Source: Spirochaetia bacterium (GTDB taxonomy: Bacteria > Spirochaetota > Spirochaetia > CADAEX01). Taken from it: DNA of 64,000 bases. This document shows positions 8,772 through 18,574 of this stretch, piece by piece (positions within the stretch are counted from its first letter, which is position 1; every line of letters starts with the position of its first letter). The stretch covers positions 15,459-79,458 of the forward strand of contig JAGCGL010000060.1 in the NCBI GenBank assembly GCA_017649605.1, in the 5' to 3' direction. The notes beneath the pieces were generated by a model. That model was given only the letters and a program-made list of their open reading frames with translations, was not told where the DNA came from and did no database searches. A program made the translations under genes and the position numbers.

Positions 8772-9530
8772 TTAAAAGCCGATTATAATCTTGGCAAGAA
8801 GCAGGGCCAGCACAACTATGATGATGGGTCTTACAACCTTGACCCCCTTGGTGAGCACAAGCCCTGCGCCAAGATAATTTCCAAGCATATTCGAAAGTGC
8901 GGCGGCAATTCCGACTGTTATAAGCACCTGCCCATGAAGCAGGAATACAGTCAGCGCCGCCACATTTGTTGACAGGTTTATAACCTTTGCATTTGCATTG
9001 GCCTGGGCTATGCTGAGCCTGGCTCCCACAGTGAATGCTATGATCAGGAAGGTCCCGGTCCCTGGGCCATACATTCCATCATAAATCCCGATCAATAAAG
9101 CGCAGATTGAGGCCACCACAATATTATGTGTTGTGATGGACACAGAACCGTTGCCATGATCCCTGAACAGTCTTTTATTAAGGACACAGAAGGCAGCAAC
9201 GGGCAGCACCACCAGAAGCATAGCCAGAAGCACCTTCTCCGAGATAACCATGGAGAGCTTGGCTCCTGCCGCAGAACCGACTATGCCGCATATCACGGCA
9301 GGAAGGGCAAGGCGAAGGCTGACCATGCCGCTTTTTATGAAGCGGGCAACTGCGATCACTGTACCGAAGGAAGATGAGAATTTGTTTGTAGCTATGGCGC
9401 TGTGTATAGGAAGCCCCGCCAGAAGATAGGCAGGAAGGGAAATAAGCCCACCGCCCCCTGCTATTGAATCGACAAAACCGGCCAGAAACAGCAGCGGACA
9501 CACGATAAGATATGTGGTTATGGAGATCAC
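8772..9530 (-). CDS. TauE/SafE (TSUP) family anion exporter
   Basis: VDSIAGGGGLISLPAYLL motif. The start is set at GTG 9530, which forms a GTGA overlap with the upstream MFS stop. The longer track ORF (to 9911) overlaps the MFS gene. Confidence 0.8.
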   Translation of the reverse strand: MISITTYLIVCPLLFLAGFVDSIAGGGGLISLPAYLLAGLPIHSAIATNKFSSSFGTVIAVARFIKSGMVSLRLALPAVICGIVGSAAGAKLSMVISEKVLLAMLLVVLPVAAFCVLNKRLFRDHGNGSVSITTHNIVVASICALLIGIYDGMYGPGTGTFLIIAFTVGARLSIAQANANAKVINLSTNVAALTVFLLHGQVLITVGIAAALSNMLGNYLGAGLVLTKGVKVVRPIIIVVLALLLAKIIIGF

Positions 9531-10693
9531 TTCTTTGGCTCCTGGAGGAAGAAGCCGATGACAAAGGTGCAGAACGAGATGGCGGCGCAGATTATGAACA
9601 TCTTTTCGATTCCCCATGCAGCAGCCGCGATGCCCAGTATCAATGGTGATACAGTCTCGGCCCCGTTGTAAAGCACCGAATAGAAGGAGTAGATGCCGTC
9701 TATGTTCACCTTCATCTCCTTGGCAGTGTCGGCCAGGAAGGTGCTCAGCACAGGGACAGTGCCCTTGGAGAGGATTCCCATGAAGATGAGGAGCCCTATA
9801 AGCAAGCAGATATTGCCTGTGAATGCAAGGCTGAATACAGTGAGCGCAAGCAGAAGCTCTGCCGCAAGGAAGACCTTCTTTACCCCTTTGAGCTCCACTA
9901 TGCGTCCGCACACCATCTTTCCCAGATAGTTACCTACAAAGAATACGCCGGTGAGGGATCCTATGATGGCTGTGTCAAACCCTTTGGCCTGGAACAGGAA
10001 CGGGAGGAACAGGAAAAGCGAAGCCACCGAGAAGGCATCCAGGAAGATAGCTCCGTAGAGTATCAGAAGCCGCTTTGTGGGGCGGACAAACACTGAATGA
10101 TGCTCCTTCTTCTCCTCCGGGCCGAACTGTGCCACCTCGTTACGGTACCGCCCTGAAAGGAGCACGGCAAGGCCTGCAAACAGAGGGAGGAATGCGTAGA
10201 TGAACGCTGTTGTTCCCCACGAGAGCTTTGCTATCATAAAGGTAAGAAGCGCCGATAGTGCTATGCGCCCTATATCGCCGTTGGCGGTGAAGTTTCCCAT
10301 CTGGGTTCCCAGCTTGGTCTGGCTGGTCTTGGCCACTGCCGAGAATGCTACAGGATGGAACACTCCGAACCCAAGGCTCCCCACCAGGAATGCCAAGAGG
10401 ACCCATGCATAGCTTTTTGCCATGAACATGAGGATGTAGGATGCGAATATGAAGAGAGCCGCATAGCCCAATGTGTGGAAGCTGCCCAGGTATGTGCCCA
10501 GGAATGCGGCCGGGAATGCCAGCACAACGCCTGAGAAGTGGAGTATGCCGCCCAGGAAGCCGGCCTGCGACAGCGTTATGTTGATGTCCTGTGTGATGAA
10601 TGGAAGAAAGAGCGGCAGACAGGCCACATAGCCGTCGTTGACCATGTGGAGCGCCGAAAGGACAAAGCCGTCTGTCAGCAGTCTCTTCCTCAT
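9527..10693 (-). CDS. MFS transporter
   Basis: 12-TM-like hydrophobic profile. The start is at MRKRLL (ATG 10693), which forms an ATGA overlap with the upstream PP-loop gene stop. Confidence 0.8.
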   Translation of the reverse strand: MRKRLLTDGFVLSALHMVNDGYVACLPLFLPFITQDINITLSQAGFLGGILHFSGVVLAFPAAFLGTYLGSFHTLGYAALFIFASYILMFMAKSYAWVLLAFLVGSLGFGVFHPVAFSAVAKTSQTKLGTQMGNFTANGDIGRIALSALLTFMIAKLSWGTTAFIYAFLPLFAGLAVLLSGRYRNEVAQFGPEEKKEHHSVFVRPTKRLLILYGAIFLDAFSVASLFLFLPFLFQAKGFDTAIIGSLTGVFFVGNYLGKMVCGRIVELKGVKKVFLAAELLLALTVFSLAFTGNICLLIGLLIFMGILSKGTVPVLSTFLADTAKEMKVNIDGIYSFYSVLYNGAETVSPLILGIAAAAWGIEKMFIICAAISFCTFVIGFFLQEPKK

Positions 10694-11454
10694 GAATCCT
10701 CCCCTAAGTCGGTGGGAAGGTATTCCTTGTTTATGTTCCACGGCGCCTCGAATATGTGCTCCCTGAGCCGCCTGTTATCCTTTGAGAGCATTGCAACTAT
10801 AGGTTTCATCTTCAGACGCATATTAGTGCTCTTGTATGGACAGCCTGTGTTATAGACCGGGAATTCAAGGCGTTCTGCAAGCAGACGGAGTTTAGACTCG
10901 TACACCAAGCACATGGGGCGAATCAGGGTAAGCTTGCCGCCGAAAAACTGCTGCACAGGCATCATGGTTGAGAAGTTGCCCCGATAGCACAGATTTATGA
11001 GTGTGGTGGTTATGATATCGTCCAGATGGTGACCGGTGGCAATCTTCTTGAAGCCAAGCTCCGCCGCCTTGTCAAAGAGCATCCGCTTACGGTTGCGGGC
11101 ACAGAGGTAGCAGTTGAAATCGCCCTTGAATGACGGCGGGAACATGTCAGCCTTCATCACCTCGTAAGGGACTTCCAGCTGGTCGAAGAACTCCTCCATC
11201 TTCTTGGCATCGGGATCGGGCATGGGGTACTGGTTCCAGTCTATCCGCATGGCATGGAGCTGATATTTTATAGGAAGCCACCGCCGCCGCACCGCAAGGG
11301 TGAAGGCCAGAGCAAGGGAATCCTTGCCTCCGGAGATAGCCAAGAGGACCTTGTCTCCATCCTCAATCATATTGAAGCGGTTTATCCCCCGGCCAGTCTC
11401 CTTGACTATCCGCATAAGCCAGTTAGGCATCTTCTCTATGGTCTTTAAATCCAT
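10690..11454 (-). CDS. PP-loop ATP pyrophosphatase, TtcA-like (tRNA 2-thiocytidine synthase family)
   Basis: 254 aa. Motifs seen are the SGGKDS PP-loop, CYLCARNRKR and GHHLDD. Confidence 0.75.
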   Translation of the reverse strand: MDLKTIEKMPNWLMRIVKETGRGINRFNMIEDGDKVLLAISGGKDSLALAFTLAVRRRWLPIKYQLHAMRIDWNQYPMPDPDAKKMEEFFDQLEVPYEVMKADMFPPSFKGDFNCYLCARNRKRMLFDKAAELGFKKIATGHHLDDIITTTLINLCYRGNFSTMMPVQQFFGGKLTLIRPMCLVYESKLRLLAERLEFPVYNTGCPYKSTNMRLKMKPIVAMLSKDNRRLREHIFEAPWNINKEYLPTDLGEDS

Positions 11455-12695
11455 CTGAAATCCTTAAGGCCGGCGCTTTTGATGGAATCAAAAACTGCAG
11501 GATCCACAAACACCCGGAGGCGCCTGAGAGGATCTGAGAAATTCTCAAGTCCCCTGCTTCCCGAGAAGGTGCGGAAACTACCGTTCTCAAACACTGGCAG
11601 CGTAGTCTCGAAGGTAATATGCTCAGGTACATCTATGATCACACAGGATGAGTCGCACTCTATACCGGTACCGGAGAGCTTTTCTGCCAGAGCCTTTTCT
11701 GCAGCGCCCCGTTTTTTCAGGTCCAGGAGTGCAGTATGTTCAGGGTTGCTGTCGTCAAAGACAACCTCGTATGTCATCTTGAAAAGCTGTCTGCTGTGCA
11801 CCATGTCAAACAGCCGCAGGTCAGAGCCCCCCTTCCCTGCCAGGAAGAGCGATTCATCGTCAAGGCCATAGAGGTCCTGAGGAGTCAGGAGATGTGAATC
11901 AAGGGCTGCGATGATCGCTTTTTTGATCATGCCTGTGGCGCAGCGCACCGCCTTGTGCCAGTAGACTGTCTTGTACATCAGATATTTAGAGAAAAGGATG
12001 TTCTCCACCGCTGGAATTCCTGCAGGAAGAATGCTTATCCCCTTCTCTGGATGAGGATAGATTGCAGAAAGGACAAACTCGATATCCTGTGTTCCATAGG
12101 GAACGCCGCAGAACCAGGCATCCCTGGTCAGGTAGTCCAGCTTGTCGGGGTCAAGACTTCCCGAAAGGATGTTGCGGAAGAACTGCACTGTAGCGCTCTC
12201 TGTCGGGAGCGATGTATCAACAATGGCTGCAGGTACAGCCGGGTCTATTTCCAGGGCATCTCGGATCAAAGAAGCCAGAGGCTCGGCCATAATATATTCG
12301 CCGGTGAGGGCCTCGTGTTTTTTAAGAGGGAGCTCCTTGAGTGAGTGTGTATACGGGAAGTGCCCCAGATCGTGGAGAAGGCATGCGCAGAGAAAAGCCT
12401 TCACATCGGCTTCGGAAAGGGATGGACAGGAATCGATGGCCAGAAGCCGCCGTATCATCCGGTATCCGATATGGTAAACACCAAGGCTGTGTATGAACCT
12501 GGTATGCACTGCTCCCGGATAGACCAGGTAGGTAGGGCCCAGCTGCTTTATGCGGTTCATCTTCTGAAGCACCGGAGAAGATACTATCTTCTTGAACCCC
12601 GGGGAGAGCATTATGTTGCCCCACACCGGATCCCGCACCGGATAGCTGAAGGAGGTGTCCAGATATGCTGCCGCAGCGCTGTTCTTACCAGCCAT
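11445..12695 (-). CDS. HD-domain metal-dependent phosphohydrolase (dNTPase/SAMHD1-like superfamily)
   Basis: 416 aa. Motifs HTRFIHSLGV and LLHDLGHFPYTH are present. It overlaps the downstream gene by 10 nt and starts 2 nt after the aconitase stop. Confidence 0.75.
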   Translation of the reverse strand: MAGKNSAAAAYLDTSFSYPVRDPVWGNIMLSPGFKKIVSSPVLQKMNRIKQLGPTYLVYPGAVHTRFIHSLGVYHIGYRMIRRLLAIDSCPSLSEADVKAFLCACLLHDLGHFPYTHSLKELPLKKHEALTGEYIMAEPLASLIRDALEIDPAVPAAIVDTSLPTESATVQFFRNILSGSLDPDKLDYLTRDAWFCGVPYGTQDIEFVLSAIYPHPEKGISILPAGIPAVENILFSKYLMYKTVYWHKAVRCATGMIKKAIIAALDSHLLTPQDLYGLDDESLFLAGKGGSDLRLFDMVHSRQLFKMTYEVVFDDSNPEHTALLDLKKRGAAEKALAEKLSGTGIECDSSCVIIDVPEHITFETTLPVFENGSFRTFSGSRGLENFSDPLRRLRVFVDPAVFDSIKSAGLKDFRWI

Positions 12696-12697
12696 AA

Positions 12698-14626
12698 TTA
12701 TTTCCTTGTGTTGAAGATATAGTTGAGCATTCCTCCTGCCTCAATCAGGTCCACACCCTTTTTCTCAAGGTCGTGGACAAAGTAGAATTCACGGCCGGTT
12801 GCTGTATCAACAGCTTTAACTCTCTTGCCGCTCTTGATGTCCGATAAGAAGCTTGGGAAGCTTAAGCTCATCCCTTCTTTGATTATATCATAGTCTGCCG
12901 GATTTTCAAACACAAGCGGAACAATTCCGAAGTTGATGAGGTTGGCCTTGTGGATCCGGGCAAAGCTCTTGGTGATGACCGCTTTTACACCCAGGTACAT
13001 AGGTGCAAGTGCAGCATGCTCGCGGGAAGATCCCTGACCGTAGTTCTCGCCTCCGATGATCACACCGGTGCCAGCCTTCATGGCTCTGTCGTAGAAGCCT
13101 GGTGATACTGCCTCGAACACAAACTTGGCGATCTCGGGGATGTTGGATCTGTATGGAAGAACTCTGGTTCCAGCAGGCATTATGTGGTCTGTGGTGATGT
13201 TGTCACCAGTCTTTATGAGCACCTCTGCAGTGAATGATTCAGGCGCAGGAGATGCCTTAGGACACGGCTTGATGTTAGGTCCGCGGATTATCTCGATGGA
13301 GTCGAAGTCGGCCTCTGGTGCCGGTTTCTCTATCATGTTGTCGTTGATCTCGGTCTTTGCAGAATAGTCGGTGAACTTTACCTTCACTTTGCGCGGGTCG
13401 GTGATGCAGCCATAGAGGGCCGATGCTGCCGCAGTCTCTGGCGATGCTAGGTAGATCTCGGCTGTGGCGGTGCCGCTCCTGCCCTTGAAGTTGCGGTTGA
13501 AGGTGCGGACGCTGGCCCCACCGGAGGCAGGAGCGAAGCCCATGCCTATGCATGGGCCGCATGCGCTCTCGAGCATGCGGGCGCCGCTTTTTACCAGCTT
13601 CTTGATTATGCCGGCCTCTATGGCGCTTGTGTAAACCTGCTTGGAGCCCGGTGCCACACCCAGCGATACGTTAGGTGCCACAGTCTTGCCATCCAGGATG
13701 TCGGCCGCTATTCCCAGGTCGTTGATGGAGGAGTTTGTGCAGGATCCGATGGCGGCCTGGACAATCTTCTTCCCCTCAATCTCCCGCACAGGAACAACCA
13801 GGTCAGGCATGTGGGGCTGTGCAATCATAGGTTCTATCTTAGTAAGGTCTATATCAATTATTTCGTCATACTCCGCTCCGTCGTCGGCTGCCAGTTCCTG
13901 CCAGCCCTCCCGCTTCTGGAGTGCAAGCCACTCCTTGGTCACCCGGTCACTCGGGAAGATGGAGGTGGTGACCCCCAGCTCTGCTCCCATGTTGGTTATT
14001 GTGGCCCGCTGGGGCACGGAGAGGCTTGCGACGCCGTCGCCAAAGTATTCAAACACCTTGCCTACTCCGTTCTTCACGGTGCACCGGCGCAAAAGCTCAA
14101 GGATGACATCCTTTGCGCTGCACATGCTCTGCAGGGAACCTGTAAGGTGGATACCGATAACTTTAGGCATATTCAATGTGAACGGCGCACCAGCCATAGC
14201 GCAGGCTATATCAAGGCCGCCGGCACCGATTGCCAGCATTCCGAGGCCGCCACCAGTAGGTGTGTGGGAGTCGGATCCTAAAAGAGTCTTTCCAGGGAGG
14301 CCGAACCGCTCCAGATGCACCTGGTGGCAGATTCCGTTTCCCGGCCGTGAGAAATAGAGGCCATACTTCTTTGCAAAGCTCTGGAGGAACAGGTGGTCGT
14401 CCGGGTTCTTGTAGTCGGTCTGGATAGTATTGTGATCCACATAGGAGACAGAAAGCTCGGTCTGCACCCTCTTTATCCCGATAGCCTCGAACTGCAGGTA
14501 GACCATGGTCCCAGTCGCATCCTGGGTCAGCGTCTGGTCTATCTTGATCGCAATCTCTTTGCCCGCCTTCATCTCGCCAGAGACAAGGTGTTTCTCGATG
14601 ATTTTGTAAGTAAGGTTCTTTTTCAT
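12698..14626 (-). CDS. aconitate hydratase (about 640-aa type)
   Basis: 642 aa. The aconitase Fe-S cluster motifs GSCTNSS and CGPCIGMG are present, with a swivel domain at the C-terminus. SD AGAGGTGAG lies upstream. Confidence 0.9.
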   Translation of the reverse strand: MKKNLTYKIIEKHLVSGEMKAGKEIAIKIDQTLTQDATGTMVYLQFEAIGIKRVQTELSVSYVDHNTIQTDYKNPDDHLFLQSFAKKYGLYFSRPGNGICHQVHLERFGLPGKTLLGSDSHTPTGGGLGMLAIGAGGLDIACAMAGAPFTLNMPKVIGIHLTGSLQSMCSAKDVILELLRRCTVKNGVGKVFEYFGDGVASLSVPQRATITNMGAELGVTTSIFPSDRVTKEWLALQKREGWQELAADDGAEYDEIIDIDLTKIEPMIAQPHMPDLVVPVREIEGKKIVQAAIGSCTNSSINDLGIAADILDGKTVAPNVSLGVAPGSKQVYTSAIEAGIIKKLVKSGARMLESACGPCIGMGFAPASGGASVRTFNRNFKGRSGTATAEIYLASPETAAASALYGCITDPRKVKVKFTDYSAKTEINDNMIEKPAPEADFDSIEIIRGPNIKPCPKASPAPESFTAEVLIKTGDNITTDHIMPAGTRVLPYRSNIPEIAKFVFEAVSPGFYDRAMKAGTGVIIGGENYGQGSSREHAALAPMYLGVKAVITKSFARIHKANLINFGIVPLVFENPADYDIIKEGMSLSFPSFLSDIKSGKRVKAVDTATGREFYFVHDLEKKGVDLIEAGGMLNYIFNTRK

Positions 14627-14727
14627 TTCTCACCTCTTTTATTGTGAATAAGAGTACATTAAATTTTTGTTACAGTCAACAGATTTTCCCTCTCTTCTAT
14701 GATATAATAGCGGAAAAGGAGGATCCT

Positions 14728-15378
14728 ATGCCCAACAAGACAGGTGCCACCACCAAGGCCAAGCTGGCAGAGTCTGCCTGGAAGCTGTTCTACGAGAAGG
14801 GATACGAGAACACCACTATAGAGGATATCGTGGACGATTCCGGCACATCAAAAGGTTCCTTCTACCACTACTTCAAGGGAAAGGATGACCTTCTTGGAAC
14901 CCTCTCCATGCTCTTCGACGCCAAGTATGAGGAGCTGAAGGAGGCAATGGATCCCGGCTCCAATTCAGTGGACAAGCTGATATTCCTGAACCACGAGCTT
15001 TTCACAATGATAGACAACAGCATATCGATGGACCTGCTGGCCCGCCTCTTCTCATCGCAGCTGACAACCAAGGGGGAAAAATCCCTTCTGGACCGGAACC
15101 GCACCTACTTCAAGCTGCTGTGGAAAATAATAAAGGAGGGGCAGGAGAGGAAAGAGCTCCGCGCAGACCTTTCGGTGAACGAGATTGTGGACAGCTACGC
15201 CATGTTCGAGCGGGCCCTTATGTACGACTGGTGCCTCTGCAACGGCAAGTATGCGCTGGCCCGGTATGCAGACCAGATGATGCCCATGTTCCTGGAGGGA
15301 TTCAGGGCCGAGAAGAAGAACAATAGAAAAAATTATCCAAAGTACAAGCATATATCCTATAAAACGACTATTGCCTAA
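14728..15378 (+). CDS. TetR/AcrR family transcriptional regulator
   Basis: HTH region TTIEDIVDDSGTSKGSFYHYFKGK. The start was moved to ATG 14728, which has AAGGAGG upstream. Confidence 0.85.
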   Translation: MPNKTGATTKAKLAESAWKLFYEKGYENTTIEDIVDDSGTSKGSFYHYFKGKDDLLGTLSMLFDAKYEELKEAMDPGSNSVDKLIFLNHELFTMIDNSISMDLLARLFSSQLTTKGEKSLLDRNRTYFKLLWKIIKEGQERKELRADLSVNEIVDSYAMFERALMYDWCLCNGKYALARYADQMMPMFLEGFRAEKKNNRKNYPKYKHISYKTTIA

Positions 15379-15514
15379 TTCTTTGTGTTATAATGTTTAA
15401 TCTTGTTTTTTCTCAATAATAGTCTAATAAAAGTATAAACTTTATTCTGTATTTACGTTCAGTCAAAAGTATGCTATAAAAAAGAACATTTTTATTTTTT
15501 AGGAGAAATGAGAG

Positions 15515-16975
15515 ATGAAAAGTAATACCTCCGAGATTATTGTTTTCACACTATATCTTATCTTCATGATCTCCATCGGAATCTACTTCTTCCTTAAGAA
15601 CAAGAGCGGTGGAGACAAGACTTACTTCCTGGGCGGAAGAAAGATGGGTGCATGGGTATCGGCCCTCTCTGCAGGTGCATCCGACATGAGCGCATGGGTT
15701 CTGATGGGACTCCCGGCATCTGTATATGCACTGGGAATGGGACAGGCATGGATTGCATTAGGCCTTGCGCTTGGATATGCATTGAGCTGGATCTACGAGG
15801 CTCCGCGGCTCAGGACCTTCTCCATCGAGTGCAACGACTCCATCACAATCCCGCAGTACCTGACCAACCGGTTCCTCTCAAAGAGCATGGCGCTGCAGAT
15901 CATCTGCGCTATCATCTTCATCTTCGCATACACAATCTATGCGGCATCATCAATCAAGGCATGCGGAACCCTGTTCAACACTGTAATCGGAATCGATGCA
16001 AGGATCGCTATGTACGGCGCAGCGATCATCATAATCAGCTACACATTCCTGGGCGGCTTCTCAGCTGTATGCTGGACCGACTTCTTCCAGGGAATGCTTA
16101 TGCTCGGCGCACTCCTTATCGCACCGCTGTTCGCAACATTCGTGCTGGAAGCTCCTGCTGCCGCCGTTGCTCTTCCTGAGAACTACTGGAACCCGGTTGC
16201 AAGCTGGCAGGATATTGTATCCGGTCTGGCATGGGGCTTGGGCTACTTCGGAATGCCGCACATCATCATCCGGTTCATGGCTGTTGAGTCCCAGGCTTCC
16301 CTTAAAAAATCTGCAAAGATCGGTATCACCTGGACAACTCTTATCCTTATCTTTGCTGTAGTTGTAGGAATTGTAGGACGTACACACCTTGGCTTCGACG
16401 AGAACATCAACAAGAACTCACTGGTGTTCATCACTATGGTAAGGGCTATCTTCCCTGGCCTTATCTCCGGTATCCTCCTCTCTGCAATCCTTGCGGCAGC
16501 TATGTCTACAGCCGACAGCCAGCTCCTCTCCGCAGCATCTGCATTTGCAAGTGATGTATACAAGCCTGTGATCAGAAAAGGCAACGCCGGCGACAGAGAG
16601 ATGCTCTGGGGCGGACGTATCATCGTTCTTATCATTGCTCTGGCAGCTGTATCTATCGCAGCAAACCCGAACTCAGGATCCATCATGAGCCTGGTATCCA
16701 ACGCATGGGGCGTATTCGGCGCATCATTCGGACCTGCAATCCTCCTCTCCCTCTTCTGGAAGCGGCTTACCTTCAGCGGCGCTGTAGCTGGAATCACAGC
16801 AGGTGCAGTTGTGGATATCTACTGGATGCTCAACCTTGGCTCCACCGGTGTCTACGAGCTCTTCCCAGGCTTTGTGGCAGGACTGATTCTTGCAGTTGTA
16901 GTATCTGTCTTCTCAAAAGAGCCGGAAAAAGAAGTTTTAGATCTTTTTGATAGAGCATTAAATTCAAAAAAGTGA
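15515..16975 (+). CDS. putP: sodium:proline symporter (SSS family)
   Basis: 486 aa, about 13 TM helices. The N-terminal YFLGGRKMG and overall SSS-family similarity support the call. Confidence 0.8.
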   Translation: MKSNTSEIIVFTLYLIFMISIGIYFFLKNKSGGDKTYFLGGRKMGAWVSALSAGASDMSAWVLMGLPASVYALGMGQAWIALGLALGYALSWIYEAPRLRTFSIECNDSITIPQYLTNRFLSKSMALQIICAIIFIFAYTIYAASSIKACGTLFNTVIGIDARIAMYGAAIIIISYTFLGGFSAVCWTDFFQGMLMLGALLIAPLFATFVLEAPAAAVALPENYWNPVASWQDIVSGLAWGLGYFGMPHIIIRFMAVESQASLKKSAKIGITWTTLILIFAVVVGIVGRTHLGFDENINKNSLVFITMVRAIFPGLISGILLSAILAAAMSTADSQLLSAASAFASDVYKPVIRKGNAGDREMLWGGRIIVLIIALAAVSIAANPNSGSIMSLVSNAWGVFGASFGPAILLSLFWKRLTFSGAVAGITAGAVVDIYWMLNLGSTGVYELFPGFVAGLILAVVVSVFSKEPEKEVLDLFDRALNSKK

Positions 16976-16987
16976 TATAATCCCTAT

Positions 16988-18574
16988 ATGGGGAAAAAAG
17001 AAGTTAAAAAAAATAACCGTACTGTGGTAGGCTACAAGGTCAATAATCTGATAATAGAGATTGACAAGCCTACCGCAGCAAATTCTGTCAAGGAGCCTAT
17101 TTACCTGGATTCCCGGGAGGGCTCCAAAATTTACCGCAACACATTCTGTTTTGTCATTGCAATGGCTGCAAAGGAGTTATTTCCCGACCGCCGTCTTATC
17201 ATCGGAAACACTATAGGACACAGCTTCTCTTTCTATTTTGAGGGGATAAAGCATATTCCCGAGGGCGAGCTTGAGGCGCTTAACAAGAAGCTGAAGGAGA
17301 TAATCGATGCCGACGAGCCTATAGTGCAGACTGTCACATCCTACCAAGAGGCCGAGAAGCTTTTCAAGGAGCAGAATATGACCGGGGCATCGCAGCTTCT
17401 GATGACTGCCAACGAGCCCGAGGTGATGATAGCGAAGTGCAGGAAGTACACCGACCTGGACCACCATGTGCTCTACCCTTCCACCGGAATCCTCAAGTAT
17501 TACAGGATCCAGGGCTACAGAAGCGGCTTTGTGGTGCTGTTCCCTCGGGAAGGAACTGTGGACGACATGGGCGAGTTCTACGACATTCCTGTGATCGCAT
17601 CCATATTCGATGAATACAGGACACGCGGCAGTATACTCCATTTCAGCAATGTGGGAGAGATGAACCAGCTGGTGGCGGCACGGAAGGAGAAGAATGTGAT
17701 CCTGATGTGCGAGACTCTGCAGAACAAGAAGATCGCACAGATCGCAGAGCAGATCCAGACCAAGAAGGATGCCATCAAGGTGGTGCTTATCGCAGGGCCG
17801 TCGTCATCGGGAAAGACAACATTCATCAGAAAGCTCTCCATACAGCTTGAGCTTCTGGGAATAAAGACCATGCCTCTCTCCTTCGACGATTATTATGTTC
17901 CGAGAGAGCTGACCCCGAAGGACGAGAACGGAGAATACGACTATGAGTGCCCGGAGGCTATCGACCGGGAGCTCCTGAACAAGGACCTTATTGATTTCTT
18001 CGACGGAAAGGAAGTGAACCTGCCCACATACAACTTCCTCACAGGACTGCGGGAATACCACAACAACAAGATAAAGCTTGCCAAGGACACTATCCTGCTG
18101 ATGGAGGGAATCCACGGTCTGAACGACAATCTGACATATCTGGTGCCCAAGGAGCAGAAGTTCAAGATCTACATCTCTGCCCTTACCCCAATGAACCTGG
18201 ATGACCATAACAAGATAAGCACATCGGACAACCGGCTGCTCCGCCGCATGGTGCGCGACTACAGGACCCGGGGCTACAACGCCATCGACACCCTGTCGCG
18301 CTGGCCTTCGGTAAAGTCGGGCGAGAACAAGTACATATTCCCGTACCAGAACGATGCCGACGCAGTGTTCAACACAGCGCTTGAGTACGAGTTCGGCGTG
18401 CTGCGGAACCTGGCTATGCCGCTTTTAAAGTCGGTGAAGCCTTATCATGCGGAGTATTCCGAGGCCAAGAGGCTTGAATACCTTTTGGGAAATTTCCTGA
18501 ACATGGGAATGGAATTCATACCACAGGACTCTATCCTGAGGGAATTTATAGGAGGAAGTGTATATGGTCACTAA
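16988..18574 (+). CDS. uridine kinase/phosphoribulokinase-family nucleoside kinase with a long N-terminal extension
   Basis: 528 aa. The P-loop AGPSSSGKTTF sits in the C-terminal half. Confidence 0.65.
   Translation: MGKKEVKKNNRTVVGYKVNNLIIEIDKPTAANSVKEPIYLDSREGSKIYRNTFCFVIAMAAKELFPDRRLIIGNTIGHSFSFYFEGIKHIPEGELEALNKKLKEIIDADEPIVQTVTSYQEAEKLFKEQNMTGASQLLMTANEPEVMIAKCRKYTDLDHHVLYPSTGILKYYRIQGYRSGFVVLFPREGTVDDMGEFYDIPVIASIFDEYRTRGSILHFSNVGEMNQLVAARKEKNVILMCETLQNKKIAQIAEQIQTKKDAIKVVLIAGPSSSGKTTFIRKLSIQLELLGIKTMPLSFDDYYVPRELTPKDENGEYDYECPEAIDRELLNKDLIDFFDGKEVNLPTYNFLTGLREYHNNKIKLAKDTILLMEGIHGLNDNLTYLVPKEQKFKIYISALTPMNLDDHNKISTSDNRLLRRMVRDYRTRGYNAIDTLSRWPSVKSGENKYIFPYQNDADAVFNTALEYEFGVLRNLAMPLLKSVKPYHAEYSEAKRLEYLLGNFLNMGMEFIPQDSILREFIGGSVYGH

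Noticed and set aside
8772-9911. N-terminally extended ORF calls in the track: 8772-9911, 9527-10741, 14644-15378, 19079-19804, 20903-21586, 31386-32936, 6459-7439, 44389-44874 and 60243-60704.
   Set aside because: The extensions overlap upstream genes, hairpins or promoters and lack an SD. Internal starts with an SD or with ATGA/GTGA coupling give proteins whose N-termini match the family, so I used those coordinates.
13641-14357. Long ORFs on the strand opposite well-supported genes. Examples are 13641-14357 and 13811-14281 (antisense to aconitase), 20978-21772 (radC), 25344-26012 (LarA), 28609-29349, 30020-31009 and 31968-32525 (M20 genes), 37587-38306 (rhomboid), 41581-42198 (Rpn), 50701-51423 (dapA), 53252-54043 (DHH), and 55509-56150 and 56311-57081 (potB/potA).
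   Set aside because: Each lies antisense to a gene with clear family motifs. Their translations are low-complexity (Arg/His/Cys/Leu-rich) with no recognisable domain or SD. They are typical shadow ORFs of moderately GC-rich coding DNA.
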